DNA from: Halocafeteria seosinensis
Lineage: Eukaryota
Length of the DNA: 55,389 nucleotides
NCBI GenBank assembly: GCA_001687465.1
Contig: LVLI01000146.1
Coordinates: forward strand, 124,001 to 179,389
Direction of reading: 5' to 3'
Made by a program: the position numbers and the translations under genes. Below, one piece after another: positions 1 to 13,000 of the stretch (position 1 is the stretch's first letter; each line of letters opens with the position of its first letter). The notes under the pieces are model-generated. The model had not been told where the DNA came from. It did not search any database and saw only the letters and a program-made list of their open reading frames with translations.

Positions 1-520
1 AAGGGTATTGGAATAAGCCCGAAAAAACAGCTGAAGAATTCCGCTCTGATGGATTTTTCATCTCGGGAGATCTCGCCTATCAAGACGAGGAAGGTTACTT
101 ATTCATTGTCGGGAGGGAGAAGGATCTTGTCATTTCCGGAGGTTTCAATGTCTACCCGAAAGAGATTGAGAGCGAAATTGATGACATATCAGAAGTCCTG
201 GAATCTGCTGTTATTGGAGTACCTCATCCAGAGTGGGGTGAAGCCGTTGTAGCTGTCGTGGTTCCTCATGAGGGTTGCAAAATTGCTGAGGAAGAAGTAA
301 GTTGTCAGTGGAACGTAGCTCTTTCTGTGATAAAGTTCCCCGGCGTGTTTGTCCGTGTTTACCTTCCGCACAGGTCATTGAGAAGCTTCGGAAGAACTTG
401 GCTGGTTACAAGGTTCCGAAAAAGTTTGCTTTTGTAAGCGAATTGCCTCGAAACGCCATGGGTAAAGTACAGAAAAACGAGTTGCGGGAGACCTATCGCA
501 GTATTTTCGACGAGTCATAG
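1..520 (+). CDS. 3' part of an AMP-forming acyl-CoA synthetase (MatB/ACSF3-like); intron 297-373; 5' end outside window
   Basis: Frame from position 3 reads GYWNKPEKTAEEFRSDGFFISGDL...IVGREKDLVISGGFNVYPKEIE...GVPHPEWGEAV; after the GTAAG..CAG intron it continues LAGYKVPKK...LPRNAMGKVQK. These are typical ANL-family C-terminal motifs. Confidence 0.9.
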
Positions 521-576
521 CACAATCCACATAGATAAATAGCACCCTCGTTCCACTTTCGGTAGTTCCAATTCAT

Positions 577-1124
577 CTAGCTGCGTTTCTTCTTCTTGGA
601 TTGTCCCTTCATGTAAGACACCATATGCCTCGCTAAGAAAGCCGGGTGGACTGCTTGATCCAGATAGCTGAGGTCATAGCTTCCTCGTCGCCGCAGGTGG
701 TTGTTGAATGAGGATTCTCGGTAGGACCTTTGTGTATAGGGATCCTTATTATCGATGGCATCGACATTGATCCTCATCTGCGTTGATAAAAAGGGTCTGG
801 GGTGCAAATAAGGTACGATTCCACAGGTGACTTTGAACGTACGGGTTCCGCCAAGTACCATGCCGGAATCAAGATAATTCCAATGTATATCAGGACGATA
901 ACTCCCAAGCATTGTAGCACATGCGGCTGCGTATACCAGGAACACAGTTTCGTAAAAAAATTCACGCACGGAGAAGTACGCGAATTTGATGCGCCAAGCA
1001 TCCGGCTTACATCGGTAACGGTGACCTGAAGTGCGTGGATGAGAGGCTCAATGTGGAAGTTGCATTGGGCGATGGCGTAACCAAGACCACACCCGACGCC
1101 CAGTGTAATAATTTTGTCAAACAT
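577..1124 (-). CDS. Small 3-exon putative membrane protein of unknown function (introns 1010-927 and 842-778)
   Basis: GTAAGC..CAG and GTACGT..CAG introns join the two overlapping ORFs into MFDKIITLGVGCGLG...LGVIVLIYIGIILIPAW...MRINVD...KKKKRS, with two hydrophobic segments. Confidence 0.6.
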
Positions 1125-1240
1125 GAATCCATCAACCGAGATAATAAAAAAAGATTAACTCTCCTATTTGTCAACACGGACGCATCAATACCAACTACTG
1201 GTCACTCAGTTGGCAACTAGCCAACAAGAGCAAACAATTC

Positions 1241-1278
1241 AGTCTCAGAATTGAATTCTAGTCTCAGAATTGAATTCT
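1241..1278. repeat. Perfect 19-bp tandem duplication (AGTCTCAGAATTGAATTCT x2)
   Basis: Directly visible in intergenic sequence. Confidence 0.9.
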
Positions 1279-1789
1279 TGGCGAAGATGCGATTTTATAC
1301 TTGTCAAGTGATGAACAGCGCAATAAAACATGCGGTCACATCGTATTTTCTAACTGCAGTCACTACAAGGGTAGAGTGGAAGAAGAAGTGGAACTGTGGA
1401 AGTATAGTTGCATTAAGTACTCCGTTGGTCTTACTACTGACGTTAGTGCGAATTCTAATCTGTTATGTCCAAGATAGGATGTCTGAAGATTTTCCATCAC
1501 AGTCGAAAAGAAGAGGAAGAAACTCCTTGTTACATTATTATAGGAGCATGTCAACTGGTTTCCCTAGAGCAAGGCTCGGTTCGCAGAAATACTCTTCATG
1601 CCGTGGAACACAAGCGATGTTCGCATTACATTACCGTTCCTTTCCATGTCAAAATGCATGAAGAGCCCTCATATTGAGAAGCCGTAGTTCATCCTGAAAC
1701 GTATCACTTCGATGGCCAAGCAGCCAAGAATAAGCTGGGGCGCCTATGGACTAACTGGAAAACATTAGGGTCTCCAATTCTTCATAACA

Positions 1790-4700
1790 CTACATTACAT
1801 CCTCCGATCCACGTAAGCTATTACCATCTCCCTGTTCTTCCAGCTGCAATCGCCCTGGAAGAGGATGGTTGTGGCCAGGTGCAAGGGATGACGATAAAGT
1901 TGCGGATGAAGACGCTGAGGAGCGCAATTTCCACTCGTGGGCTTGAAGGGCTTCTTTGGGGATTTGATGCTGATGTCGCGGGTGCTTCCCCGGAGAACCT
2001 GTAAAACGCGAATAAATCCAAGAATACCTCATCTCTCCATCGAGTGGTTCAGATAGGCGAGCCTTACTTTGTTTAGATAGCGATGCGTCTGCGCTCTTCC
2101 TAGAGTGATAATACTTGTCCCCCTTGAGTTTTTGCTTTACTTCTTCCTGCAATTGGTAAACGTCCTGGATTGGTCTAATACTATTCTCCGACGCTTCATT
2201 TCGCAGTTGAAGCTTCTGGTTAAGATAATCTAAAACCTCACTTGGTTTGCAACCTCCGAACTTTTCCCTCATGTAAAGCCAAACATCACTCCTCGTTCGT
2301 CGAGGCTTTTCTGAACCTCTGTATCCTTCGTACACATGACTCGAATCCGAGAACATTGCAAACTTCCCACAACTTTGGGCTTGAACTCTAGCGACTTTTG
2401 GGGTGTTTTCGGCAGGTCTGGTAGAAATCGTCAACGAGTTACTACCGCGACTTTTCCAGTTCCGAATTTGCTGAGGAGTACTGGAATTCGTAAGAGGCCA
2501 TGTCTTTTGCGGGAGACTTTGAGCGTTTGGTGGTTGCAACGCGTCGCGTTCGCCGCTGACGTCACGCAGGATTGTTATCAAGAGGGGCTGCTCTTCTGAC
2601 ACGACTTCTTCGTACTCCCTCAACAGTTCCCGCAGTTCATCATATTTAGTATCAACTACAGTTATGCCTTGCACAACCGCAATCTGATCATTCGGAACGA
2701 TTAACCCATTCACAGCACCGTCGCCTGCCACGCCTACGACAGTCGCGCCGACAGGACGTCTATATTCATCGTAATAAGAGGGACTGAGAGATAAGCCGAA
2801 TGGAACGTGAGATATTCGGAATGTCAAATACTTGAATTTGGGCTTCTGAAAGTGTTCAACTGAGTCCTCCAGATCCGAGAACTCAATGCCTGGCCGATCG
2901 GAAATCCATTGTTGTTGTTGTTCCCAGGACGCAGGGAAATTTTCATCCGCGTTACGCTTCTGAATTCCATCAATACTCTCCGTTACACTGCGAGGGCAAA
3001 TGGATAGTTTGGGAGCTACTTTCTCATGCATGCTTCCCCGATCCATGGGCTCGGTCCCTGCCGGCCGTACCGACACAGCATTTTCCCGAGTGGATTCTGC
3101 AGAAGGCAACGACGTTTGTTCTAGGGCTTTAGACAGTTCGTCTCCATTGTCAAATTGGGGATTAAGAGTAGCCCCTTTGTCGAGCAAAGAAATGGCTTTT
3201 CCGCTAGTCGAAGTAGATTCATTAAATCCATGACCAAATATGTTCATCCTATGAGATTGAGTACCATTAGTATCCATTTCAGCGTTAGTCGGAGTAGTCA
3301 TCGACTCAAATTGCTCCTCCAAAGTATCACTAGAGCCAGTATGGACTTGCACTCCTTGCCGACCTTGAATAGCGGGAGCGCTATCCTGATTTCTTGTTAC
3401 AGTTTCAGATGTCCCTTGTTTTGTAGGGAGAAATTCATCGATACTTTGAGGCGCCTCCAATTCGATTGGGGTACCGTCCACTTTGTTGATCGAATCGTTC
3501 CCATCATCCTTTCCACTTGAGGATACGTCGACTTTTCCGCTACCGACATCCTCATTTAACGAGGCAGCATGCTCACCGCTCCTCGTGCCGACGAATTCAC
3601 GGAAGTAGTTTTCGCCTCTACCCCATTTCTTCAATAGCTCCGAGGCAATGATAGACGAACGGACTGTCTGTTGTATCCGACGGAGCTTCAGTACGTCACG
3701 CGATGCTCGACTAACCGGCACTGGGAAATTGCGAACGCGCATTGCCTCCTCACCGAATTGTAACGCCTTTCTTGTTTCCCGTCTGTTACGAGTCGAGGGT
3801 GAAAGGCAAAGAACAAGAATCGTAAAGCAGTTGTTTCCTAACGTGTGTTGTAGTAGCCGCGTCAACTTGGAGTCCCGATAGGGGATATGCCGATTGCGTC
3901 TCCTCCTACTCAAGGCCAGAATGATTTTACCCAGTGTGGTAATTGATCTATTAATTGCGCTAACTTCAAGCTTTGCATCCACATCAAGAGTGTCAACCGC
4001 TTCATCTTTGTTCCGAAACGAGCTGTTCAGGCTCGAGAGATCTGTGTGACTGTAAAGTTTGAGCGTAGATTCTGCACCCGCAAGATCAACGAATGAAACC
4101 GTCGATATTACAGTTTGATCACTGTTCGTGGGGCGTTGTGTAAGCGTCAACATAGCGATGAAATGCGAACGGGAAGAACATTCATTAAATCGAGTAGTAG
4201 AGACAATGCGGGAAGCTTGGGAGTGAACGAGCACCTTTTCCACACTGTCGATATCATCGACCACTACCTCAGTGGCACCTTGTAAGTAAGGCGCCCCATC
4301 AATATCCGACAGTAGTTTTAGTTTCGGAGACTTCGATTCATTTTGCCGCTGCGGCTTCGGTGTCGTCTTTGGACTTCGAAGCAGATCGTAGAACTCTTCC
4401 TCGTACAGCTCTACACAAGAGAATGTCAGACTATGCTGAGTCCCGTCATCGGCGTCCTTCGTTCCTTCAATCCGCGCAAAGATATCATGTACAGTCCGCG
4501 TCAAGATACCTTGTCCTTCGCTTTGGTGTATCTGGGGGCCCAACATGGTATGTGTCTTGCCGGCGGCCGTTTGTCCATACACGTATATGGCGCAGTTGAT
4601 TCCTTGAAAAAGAGGGTCCAAAACTTGTTTCCCAGTGTCTCTATAGACGTGCTCCTGCGCTCCCCCCATACTGACTGTAGGAGCCATTCAAACAGAGTTC

Positions 4701-5076
4701 GCGCCCGCCATTTACGACGTACCTGAGAAGCTTTAGGCCCCAATGCCCGGTCCATTTGGTACACTTCGTATCCCCCTTGGGAGGCAGGGTCGTTATCATG
4801 GCGTACGGACTTCTGCAAAGACACAATACGTAGTAAACGTCCCTCGCCGTTGGAATCTCTAGGGCAGCCCAGTGTGCTTACCTGGTCCTTGCTCATATAA
4901 GCGCAATTTTCGCCATCCTGGTCCAGTTCAAATTGCAGCTGAGGGCGAAATCGGGACACTACATGAATACGGTCTTGCTTAGAAGGAGATCGTCTAGAGC
5001 CTTCTGTATCGTGATTTAATGCTGTCCTCCCCACATCGGGCTTCGCCGCCGCACTATTGGACGGAATTTCGTTCAT
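1790..5076 (-). CDS. N-terminal kinesin motor protein with a long tail containing a PDZ-like domain (introns 4881-4813 and 4722-4655)
   Basis: RIHVVSRFRP, YGQTAAGKTHTM (P-loop), NECSSRSH (switch I), VDLAGAE (switch II), HIPYRDSKLTRLLQ. Tail segment PFGLSL...ATVVGV...GLIVPNDQIAVVQG...YDELRELLR resembles PDZ. Confidence 0.9.
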
Positions 5077-5367
5077 TCTCCTCCCAAATTAACCTACTTG
5101 AATGTCATTTAGAAAGAAGCATGACTATAAAATTGATGATCGAAAACGTATAACGAAGTATCAACTATGTCAAACCTAACCTAATTCGTACATCTGGTTT
5201 TTGACTCAACTACCATGTAACGTTACAATATGTAGAACTGTTTGACGACAGCTTGTGCAAAAATGCTTTGAAACTACAGTGAGATCGGAAAGAAGGATTC
5301 ACTTGCATTAAGTTCCGGAAATACGGGACATATCGTGTCACCATTGCAATACAGAGTGTCCGGCTAT

Positions 5368-7091
5368 TCACTTCTTCTTCTTCGCTTGCTTGGAAGCCTT
5401 GCTAGTAGTGTCGTTAGCACCGCGCTTTTGCCCTGGAGAAACCTTTGATGTGCTTGATGGCTTGGGAGCACCAAAGAAACTGTCCAGTCGGCGTTGTTGG
5501 GTTTTACCCTTTGCAGCTTTTAACTTGGCGATACCTGCAGCACCGTTAAGTCCTTACGAAGGGATCCAGCAGATAAAAAAGGGTACGACTTACCGGAATC
5601 AACACGTTGAGGGTTAAATCCATGTTTGTCTACGAGAAACTTTTTCAGCTCCTCTTCCTTCGGCTCTTCCCACTTAAGAAGCGGCCGTATTTCCTCTGAG
5701 TTCCTTACTTCATGTTCTTTGAATAACTTTCGTGCCGTTACATAGTCGAAGTTCTCGGGAATTCTGCGACGTAAGGACGAAAAGAATGCTTTAAGCGCAA
5801 ACAGCGAAAACAAAACAATGTGCTCTATAATGCTCACTGGTTTTTCTCCTTATCCAGAGTGGCCAATGCTCCCTCAAGGTTTCCATGCTTCTTGATAAGA
5901 TTTAGACTCGTCTTGGGACCGATTCCTGCAAAAAGCGAGGCGTAAGTTACTCCTTCAGACTTGCAGCGATCACATTGGGTGCGTACCTCTAATTGTTCCA
6001 CAGTAGTCACAGCCACAGAGGATACACATATCAATAAATTGATCCATCGTTAGTTCCAAGCCTTCCAACGCTTTCTTCAAGTCAATTTGAATTATCGGAA
6101 GCTTGCGCACTTCTGAAAATGCTAACCTTCGTACCTGTGCACGTAGTTCAATATTGTTCTCACCACAATATACAAAAATTTAGATCACGAAGTACGTACC
6201 AAAACAGGGGCCTCAAATGTTAAGGTATCTAAGTCTTCCGAACCAGCACCCCAGACAACTCCATCACGAGAGAGTGTAGCACACTGGGCTTCTGCTTCAC
6301 ATGGGGCTTCGACAATTGGCATACCCATTAGTTTCAGCAATTCCTTGCAGTCTTCTTGGTGAGCCTCCGTCATTTTCACAGTTCGTTTAGAGAAGCGTTC
6401 AATGTCTTCCTTATTCCCAGCTTCAGTAGCCTCTTTCAAATCGGTGGAAGCTTTTTCCTTTACTTCTTTTCTTCTTCCCAACTGAGAGCAAAATGTACTT
6501 CGATTAATTGACGCTGGCATAGCTAGTTCCACGTAGTAGTATTTCACCTACCTCTACAGACTTCAGTTCTGGTGGCTTTCCATCGAAGACGTAGACGGGT
6601 TTAATACCATTTTCCATCAGACGGATCGTCCTATTGAAGAGACCTTGCAGATGGCTGAAACACGTAGCAAAGGCTGTTGATACTTCGGGCGCGTCAGGGT
6701 TCACGACGCGGTTCTGCATACCTCGTAACCTCTCCTGATTCGTTGGTCAACATGGCAGCAGGAGCACCTCCTTCAGAGCTTCGCACAGCAACCTGTAGTC
6801 ATCATACACAAAAGGTAACTTTATTAAGAGTGTCCACCTTACTCGGGTAAGCATATATGGCTGATATCCTTACCAAAAACTGGTAAATGGCGCCAGACGC
6901 ATCCAGTGCAATCGTCCTGTATTAACGCAAGATATAGTCAATCCAGCACCGTCAGCACTTCAAGAGGGAAATATACGACTTTTACAGTCCGAATCATCCA
7001 CGTACCGACCCATTAAACTCTTTAAATCGACCTCTTTGACTGCGTTAGGCGCATTTTCGTAGAGGAGACGACTTAGGTTTTTAATCCCCAT
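5368..7091 (-). CDS. FEN1: Flap endonuclease 1, multi-exon
   Basis: [10 protein letters not shown] start, [67 protein letters not shown] and C-terminal PIP box QRRLDSFF. Confidence 0.96.
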
Positions 7092-8529
7092 TGTGCTTGT
7101 ATTTTCTTCCTATAGACCCCCAAGCGAATAAGGATGACTAAAAATGCGAAATGATGGTGTCAACCCTTAAAAAATGTTGGTATTGGTCTATAAAATAGCT
7201 ACGGAAGACGACTGCCGAGGATTTCAAATGGTACAGAATTTGAATTCTCAAGGGCCATAACTTCAAGGACAGAGTGAGGAAGTGTTAGTAAGTTACTGTG
7301 TTACCCGCAAGTGTTTAGCCGCTGCACGACCATGGTGCGATACGAACTGAGGCGTAGCCTCAGATACTGCGTGGCGTTATTTATGTTGATCTAGGAACCA
7401 CTGATTTGGTGTGCCAACACGTTGCTCAGATTGATTCCCTGTGATTCCATTATTGCCAGACCCAGACCACCTAAAATTAATACCGGTGTTACCATATTAC
7501 CGGTACGAGGCCGGAGTCCAGAAGTTCGGTGCACATCTTGCCAAAAGCTTAGCTTGTCGAGACATTGCCTCTTCTCCCATTTGTACATTGTAGTGAGATA
7601 GTCCGTCGTTTCACTACTACATTCTGGGAAAAGCAAGTGATGTCAAACAGCGTCCTTTCACACACTGCTTCCAGTGGCCGAGAAAAAACGCTTTCGGATG
7701 CAAACACTGGAACAATATACGTTAGAAATTTTACAATTCCATGGACCAATGCGGTCCAACGTCCTCATGGAAGTGAAGTGAACCATGAAGGCCCGGCACA
7801 AATGGCGTCTCTTCGTCATTGATGAAACGAGCATGCTTCGTCCAAGCAAATTTCTGTCATGGCCAAATGGCTCACGGACTTTACAACAGATCCAAAAAGC
7901 CATAGCAATACGTGATCCGTGGGGTCCCACTATTCAGGGTAGTCCTCCGTTTGGCATCCTAGTGGCGAAGATCCATGTCGCTACCAGGCCGGTAATACCT
8001 TCATGACCGTGTGCTCTTACACTAGTGATATGACGCCGGAGACTGCTTGACATGAGCGGCAATACTTTATCCCCATTAAATTCACCGTAGACTACGACGT
8101 CACTACGTCCGTAGTCACTTGTATTCTGCGCGAATGCGGAGTTCTTCAACCTCGCCGCCCAAGAACGCAGTGTATTATAATTGATAGATTGACTAGCATT
8201 GTTAAGCGTATTCTTGTAGAAAACCAAAGAAAAACTTTTTTCATTTTATTGTTTGCACCGCAAGTGGTATTGCAATCGAGTAAGTGTGCAGAGTGGTACT
8301 TCTTGTCCTGCTACTGTCGGTGGTTGCACCGTGGTTCTTCCGTGGAACAAATACAATGCCCCCTCGCATACCTCCTTTGTCGTTGATTGCGCCTCTAGAC
8401 CATACGTAGGAGAAAGGGAACTACTTTTCCTTTAACAACCAATGTTAATCAATGATGGTTTCCCTTCATTCATGTGCATGTTGGAGCTAACTTGATTTTT
8501 TTGTTTGCAGGCAAGAAAACTCAGCAAAA

Positions 8530-8979
8530 ATGGCATCTGAGAAGGATATGGTACAAGAAATGATTAACAACAACAAGGTGATTGTATTCAGCAAGACTTG
8601 GTGCCCATTCTGCACAAAGGCTAAGAATGTGTAAGTCTTGTGTCCCTTTCCGGAAAGATGGAGTCCGTAGAACTTGCGTGCGTTCTATGGGAATGCAGGT
8701 TCAAGAACTATCCGGAAGTATCGCCTTACTATGTTGAACTGGATCAACGTGAAGATGGAGGAAAAATTCAAAGCTCCGTACAGGAGATCACTGGACAACG
8801 TACGGTGCCTAATGTAATCATTGGTAGGTTGAGATTATGTTGAGTGTTTTCACTATCATTGTTCACTCTCTGACGACTCCTATGCAGCTGGGAAGAGCAT
8901 CGGTGGTGGAGATGAAACCGAACAGGCTCATCGATCGGGTGAACTTCGCCAAAAGTTGAAGGACGCGGGTGTATTGTAA
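8530..8979 (+). CDS. Dithiol glutaredoxin (CPFC); 3 coding exons, possible extra upstream exon (acceptor near 8510)
   Basis: VIVFSKTWCPFCTKAK / VELDQREDG...TGQRTVPNVII / GKSIGGGDE, joined by GT-AG introns. Confidence 0.93.
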
Positions 8980-8986
8980 ACGAATC

Positions 8987-9996
8987 CTACAGTTCCTCTC
9001 CTGCTTGACTCGTTATTGTGTCCAGGTGGCGCTTCAAGTGTTCGCAGTCGATGGTCTTGGGTAGCAGTTGTTTTACACTTCCATCTTGGGTATCCTGGAA
9101 AGAGGGATAAGTCGTTGCGGCATATCCAACAATAGACAAACAAACTTTTCAAGAAAAGGAACGAACCTTAATTAACTGTCTCAGACTTGTAGCAATTAGT
9201 TCGTCATGATCGAAAGCAACCCCTGGCAAATCTTTAACATTGTGCCATTGCGCAGCTGACGCATCGTCGTCACCTTTGACGGCTCCCTGGAGAATCAATG
9301 CTAACTCGTGGTATGCACGTTTTCCACAAACCTCAGCAAATCTTACTCTGTTGTCGACTACCGTGTAATAGGCAACTGAGATTGTGTGTCCTCGGGGATC
9401 TCTTCCGGGTTTACCAAATGCACCCACCTGTTTGACTTTCGGGACTTTTAAGTGCGTTTCCTGCACGACAAAACTAGCTAAAGCCTCTCATTGCATTTTG
9501 TCCTCGATCCCAAAACGCACCTCTTGAAGTTCCCTCAGTGCTGCGTCGCGAAGATCTTCGTGAGGATCGACAAATCCTCCAGGGAGAGCCCATTTGCCTT
9601 CGAACGGGTCCTTTCCTCGTTGAATCATGAGCAAGTACAAGTTATCTGGTTGGACCCATTCACTCGTTTCCAACCTTACTCTGAAATACCACTCTTCTTG
9701 ATGCACATACCTTGCTCGAAGGCGAAGATTAGCGCATCCACCGTGACGGCGGGTCGTGGGAATTTGTACGTGTACCCTCCTCCTTCGCTGGACGATGCCA
9801 TCGTGTTGAAAGACCACGCGGAGCAGACAGAATTCTCTCCTAATGACTGTAAACGTGCTGCTGCTGCCGTCGTCGTGGCGAGCCAAGTCACACCGGCCGC
9901 GGCGGCGACAAAATTGTATTTATGATATACTCCGGTGGATTGTCGTAGTGTGCGATGCAATATAATATTCGTATTGTTTCGTAGAATGGAAGCCAT
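8987..9996 (-). CDS. Nudix hydrolase (ADP-ribose pyrophosphatase/NrtR-type Nudix domain) with a possible N-terminal targeting peptide; multi-exon
   Basis: [11 protein letters not shown]...[23 protein letters not shown]...[10 protein letters not shown] (Nudix box)...[12 protein letters not shown]...[10 protein letters not shown]...AFDH. Confidence 0.9.
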
Positions 9997-10088
9997 GGAT
10001 CATCAGTTAAGACGGTGAATAGAGACATACAAAGCAGCGCAACAATCCAAAAGCCTCTTGGAGTTAAATATCGTTTGTCCTCTTCGTA

Positions 10089-13000
10089 ATGAGCAAGCCG
10101 AATACGAATCCATTCACACAGCAGTCAGCGCCGCAGGCGCAGCCATCGTCTACAACCCAGAACACGGATACAGGAGCGCCGAGTAGCGTGAAAAGTCCCG
10201 GGAGGAATCCATTTGCTCAACAGCAGCAACAGCCTCCGGAAGACACAGATGCGGCAGGTGCTTTTCCATCATCCGCTGCTGCGATAGGTACCCCTAACAG
10301 TGCAATGGACAGCTCAAAAAAAGGAATGAACCCATTTGCGTCTCCTCCACAGCCACAAACGGGCGCAAATAGACCGCCACCAGAACCTGCGGGAGCTGGG
10401 ACGAGCCCTCACAGGGTATCTTGGCAGCAATCTCCCGTGACGGGCACCTCAAGTGAGGCAGTGCCGGTTGTAGGACACCAAGTCACTTCCTTCTCCAGTG
10501 GGACCGGAAGAGAGGGTGCAGCTGAAGAAGACATGAGTTACGAGCCACTCTCGCAGAACGCGGAGGCAACGGGAGGAACCAACAATGGCATTGGCGAGGA
10601 AACCCCAAGGGCAACGAACCCATTTGCAACCTCTGCGGTCAGTCCGCCACATCCTACGAAGGATACTACACAACCTCCAGGGTACATACAATGGAAGCAG
10701 CGACAACAACAAAGTGATGAGAGGGCACCGGAGCCTCTTCCCGCTAACGCTGTAGTCGGCTCTAGAGGAGTTGTCATGGAAGAGGAAAAGACCTACTACT
10801 TCAAGCCGAATGCAAAGCAAAATGAGGGGAATGTTGCTCAGATGCGATTTTGGAGGCCATCACTTGAGTCTCTCGCTTTTTCTAAGATTAGTGGGCCAGC
10901 TACGGTGACCACTAATCCGGCACTGTTTCAACACAACACGATGGAGAGAGTGGGTCTCGGAAGGGTATTGAGTTTGAACGGGAAGCCCAAGGAGGTATTT
11001 TTGAAACTGAGAGGTGCCCAGATTACCGCTACCGCCAATCACCGCGATCCAACACCGCTATTTCATATCCCCTTGAATCCCACAACTCGGGTTTTCGCCA
11101 GTACACGGAGGTTTGGTAGCCCCCCTACCAATGACATTATAAGTGCACTTTATCGAGCGCTACCAAGAACTGCAGTGTCTTGGGAAGAGGACGGATCGGG
11201 CCACTTTTTTGAGCCAATCCAACGCCCTCCCAGCGGAAGTAAGTTACCATTGGTCCTGGAACTATGGACCGATAATCCCATTTCAGGCCGGAATAATCCC
11301 AGGAGCAAGACGAAACTAATGGCATTTCTGCAATTCTCCGGGATTCTTCAGTACTTTCAATGGGCAGATGCGATTGACAATGTTATTCATATTCTCAGAG
11401 GGAACTTCTCGCTACCTATGGCTCCAGCAGCTCCACCCCTGACGCGGGTGCTGCCAACTGTGTACGATACTCGTAGTATAAGGGCGTCATTGTACAGAAC
11501 CGGGAGGATATACTTGACCCAACTAGAAGATTCGCAGGCTGGCGTTCCACTGACATCTCGCATGTCGTTGACGAGCAACTCTGCCACTATAGTCTGGAAT
11601 CATCCCTCACCTGAGAGGAGTGCAGAGCGCATCACTGAGTTCATAATGCAGGTTTTCTTGGAAGATAAGCTGTTTAAGACGTTACGAATGCCCTTCTTCC
11701 AGATGCAGTCCGTAACTTCATCTGATCTCCATGAAATGCCCACTGAATCTGGCTGCATATGTCTGGATTACGCGACGGATACGGTAGCACGCTTTGCCGA
11801 GCAATCGACTGGTGGTGTCCATCGATGTCAACCTGCGGATCAACATGCACCTTTGTCACATTTACTCTGCGCCAATGTGCATGGTCTCGAATCAAACTCG
11901 ATCTACAACTTTCGAATTCTATCTGTTAATCGATTTGGCTACAGTTCTAATGGCTTGGGCTCATCTCCCCTGGCATGTTGTAGAACGATGAAACCCATTT
12001 CCTCCGTAACTTGTACAGCAGAAAATGTGATATCCCATTCCTCGGCTTTTGTCTTACGATGGACCGTGGAGACGGAGAGTGAAGAGGCTAATATTGATTA
12101 CATTGGTGGTAACGATCTTACGTCTCAGGAGAAGGAGCTATATAGTCCCTTTACCCGGCTTTTGCACAGTATTGGTGATAAATCCACTCCTCCTGATGGC
12201 TTCACCGTGGAGGTAACCCTCGCGGACTCTGAGCAGTTGGCAGAATGGATCGAGTCAGATTCGTTACCGCTTCTGGACTGGAAGCGTTTCATACATATTC
12301 CCATAGGCGTTGCTTGCCGGACAAAGGCTTGTTTGGACTCATACGGGCCTTGTGATAACTTTGTAATGCAACACGAGGAATTTCGAGAACTCAACAGCTT
12401 AGTCCGTGGGATGCGTGCATCCACCGACCAAAATGAGATGGGAGAAACAGATCACAGTGTGAGTTTTGGCGGGCTTGTAGATGGACTAGCGCCGGCGTCA
12501 CCGTATGTGGTTAGGCTATGTACCCATTCACAAGGCAATTTTTCCCCTTTTAGCGAAGAGTTCGGTCCATTTTGGACTCTAGGACCACCATCGAAGCCAC
12601 CTCCCGTCGTTACAGAGGTAAAAGAGGAGGTTTCAGCTTCTAGTGTAAGCGTCGAAGTTCACCCACCAGAGTTAGGGGAACTGGATGCGCCTCTCGAAGG
12701 GATGGAGATATATCTTGTTCAAGCTAATTCTGCGCGAGAGATTCGCAAGATAATGACGTCCGAAAATTGTACCGAGATGTTCGATCGGGTTATAAAGCAG
12801 CGGTTTGAGGATATTTTTGGCTCTGAGAGTGCAGAAACTGTCAATGTTGGGAGACTTCAGGTACACCCCAACATCAGAAATAGTTTTGCAGTAAAATTCA
12901 TTGGGCTAGCTTCGGATTCGCCATACTATGTAGTGAGCCGGGCATTCAACGCTGTAGCTATTGGTCCGTTTACGCGGCATCCCACTCAAGTTCATACCCT

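Noticed and set aside
577..1124. Overlapping ORFs suggesting frameshifting or TGA readthrough
   Set aside because: Explained by two canonical introns.
1340..1790. PH-domain-like fragments on the + strand (WKKKW...LKIF...P...VSLRWPSSQE)
   Set aside because: Could not be joined into an open frame; too weak to call.
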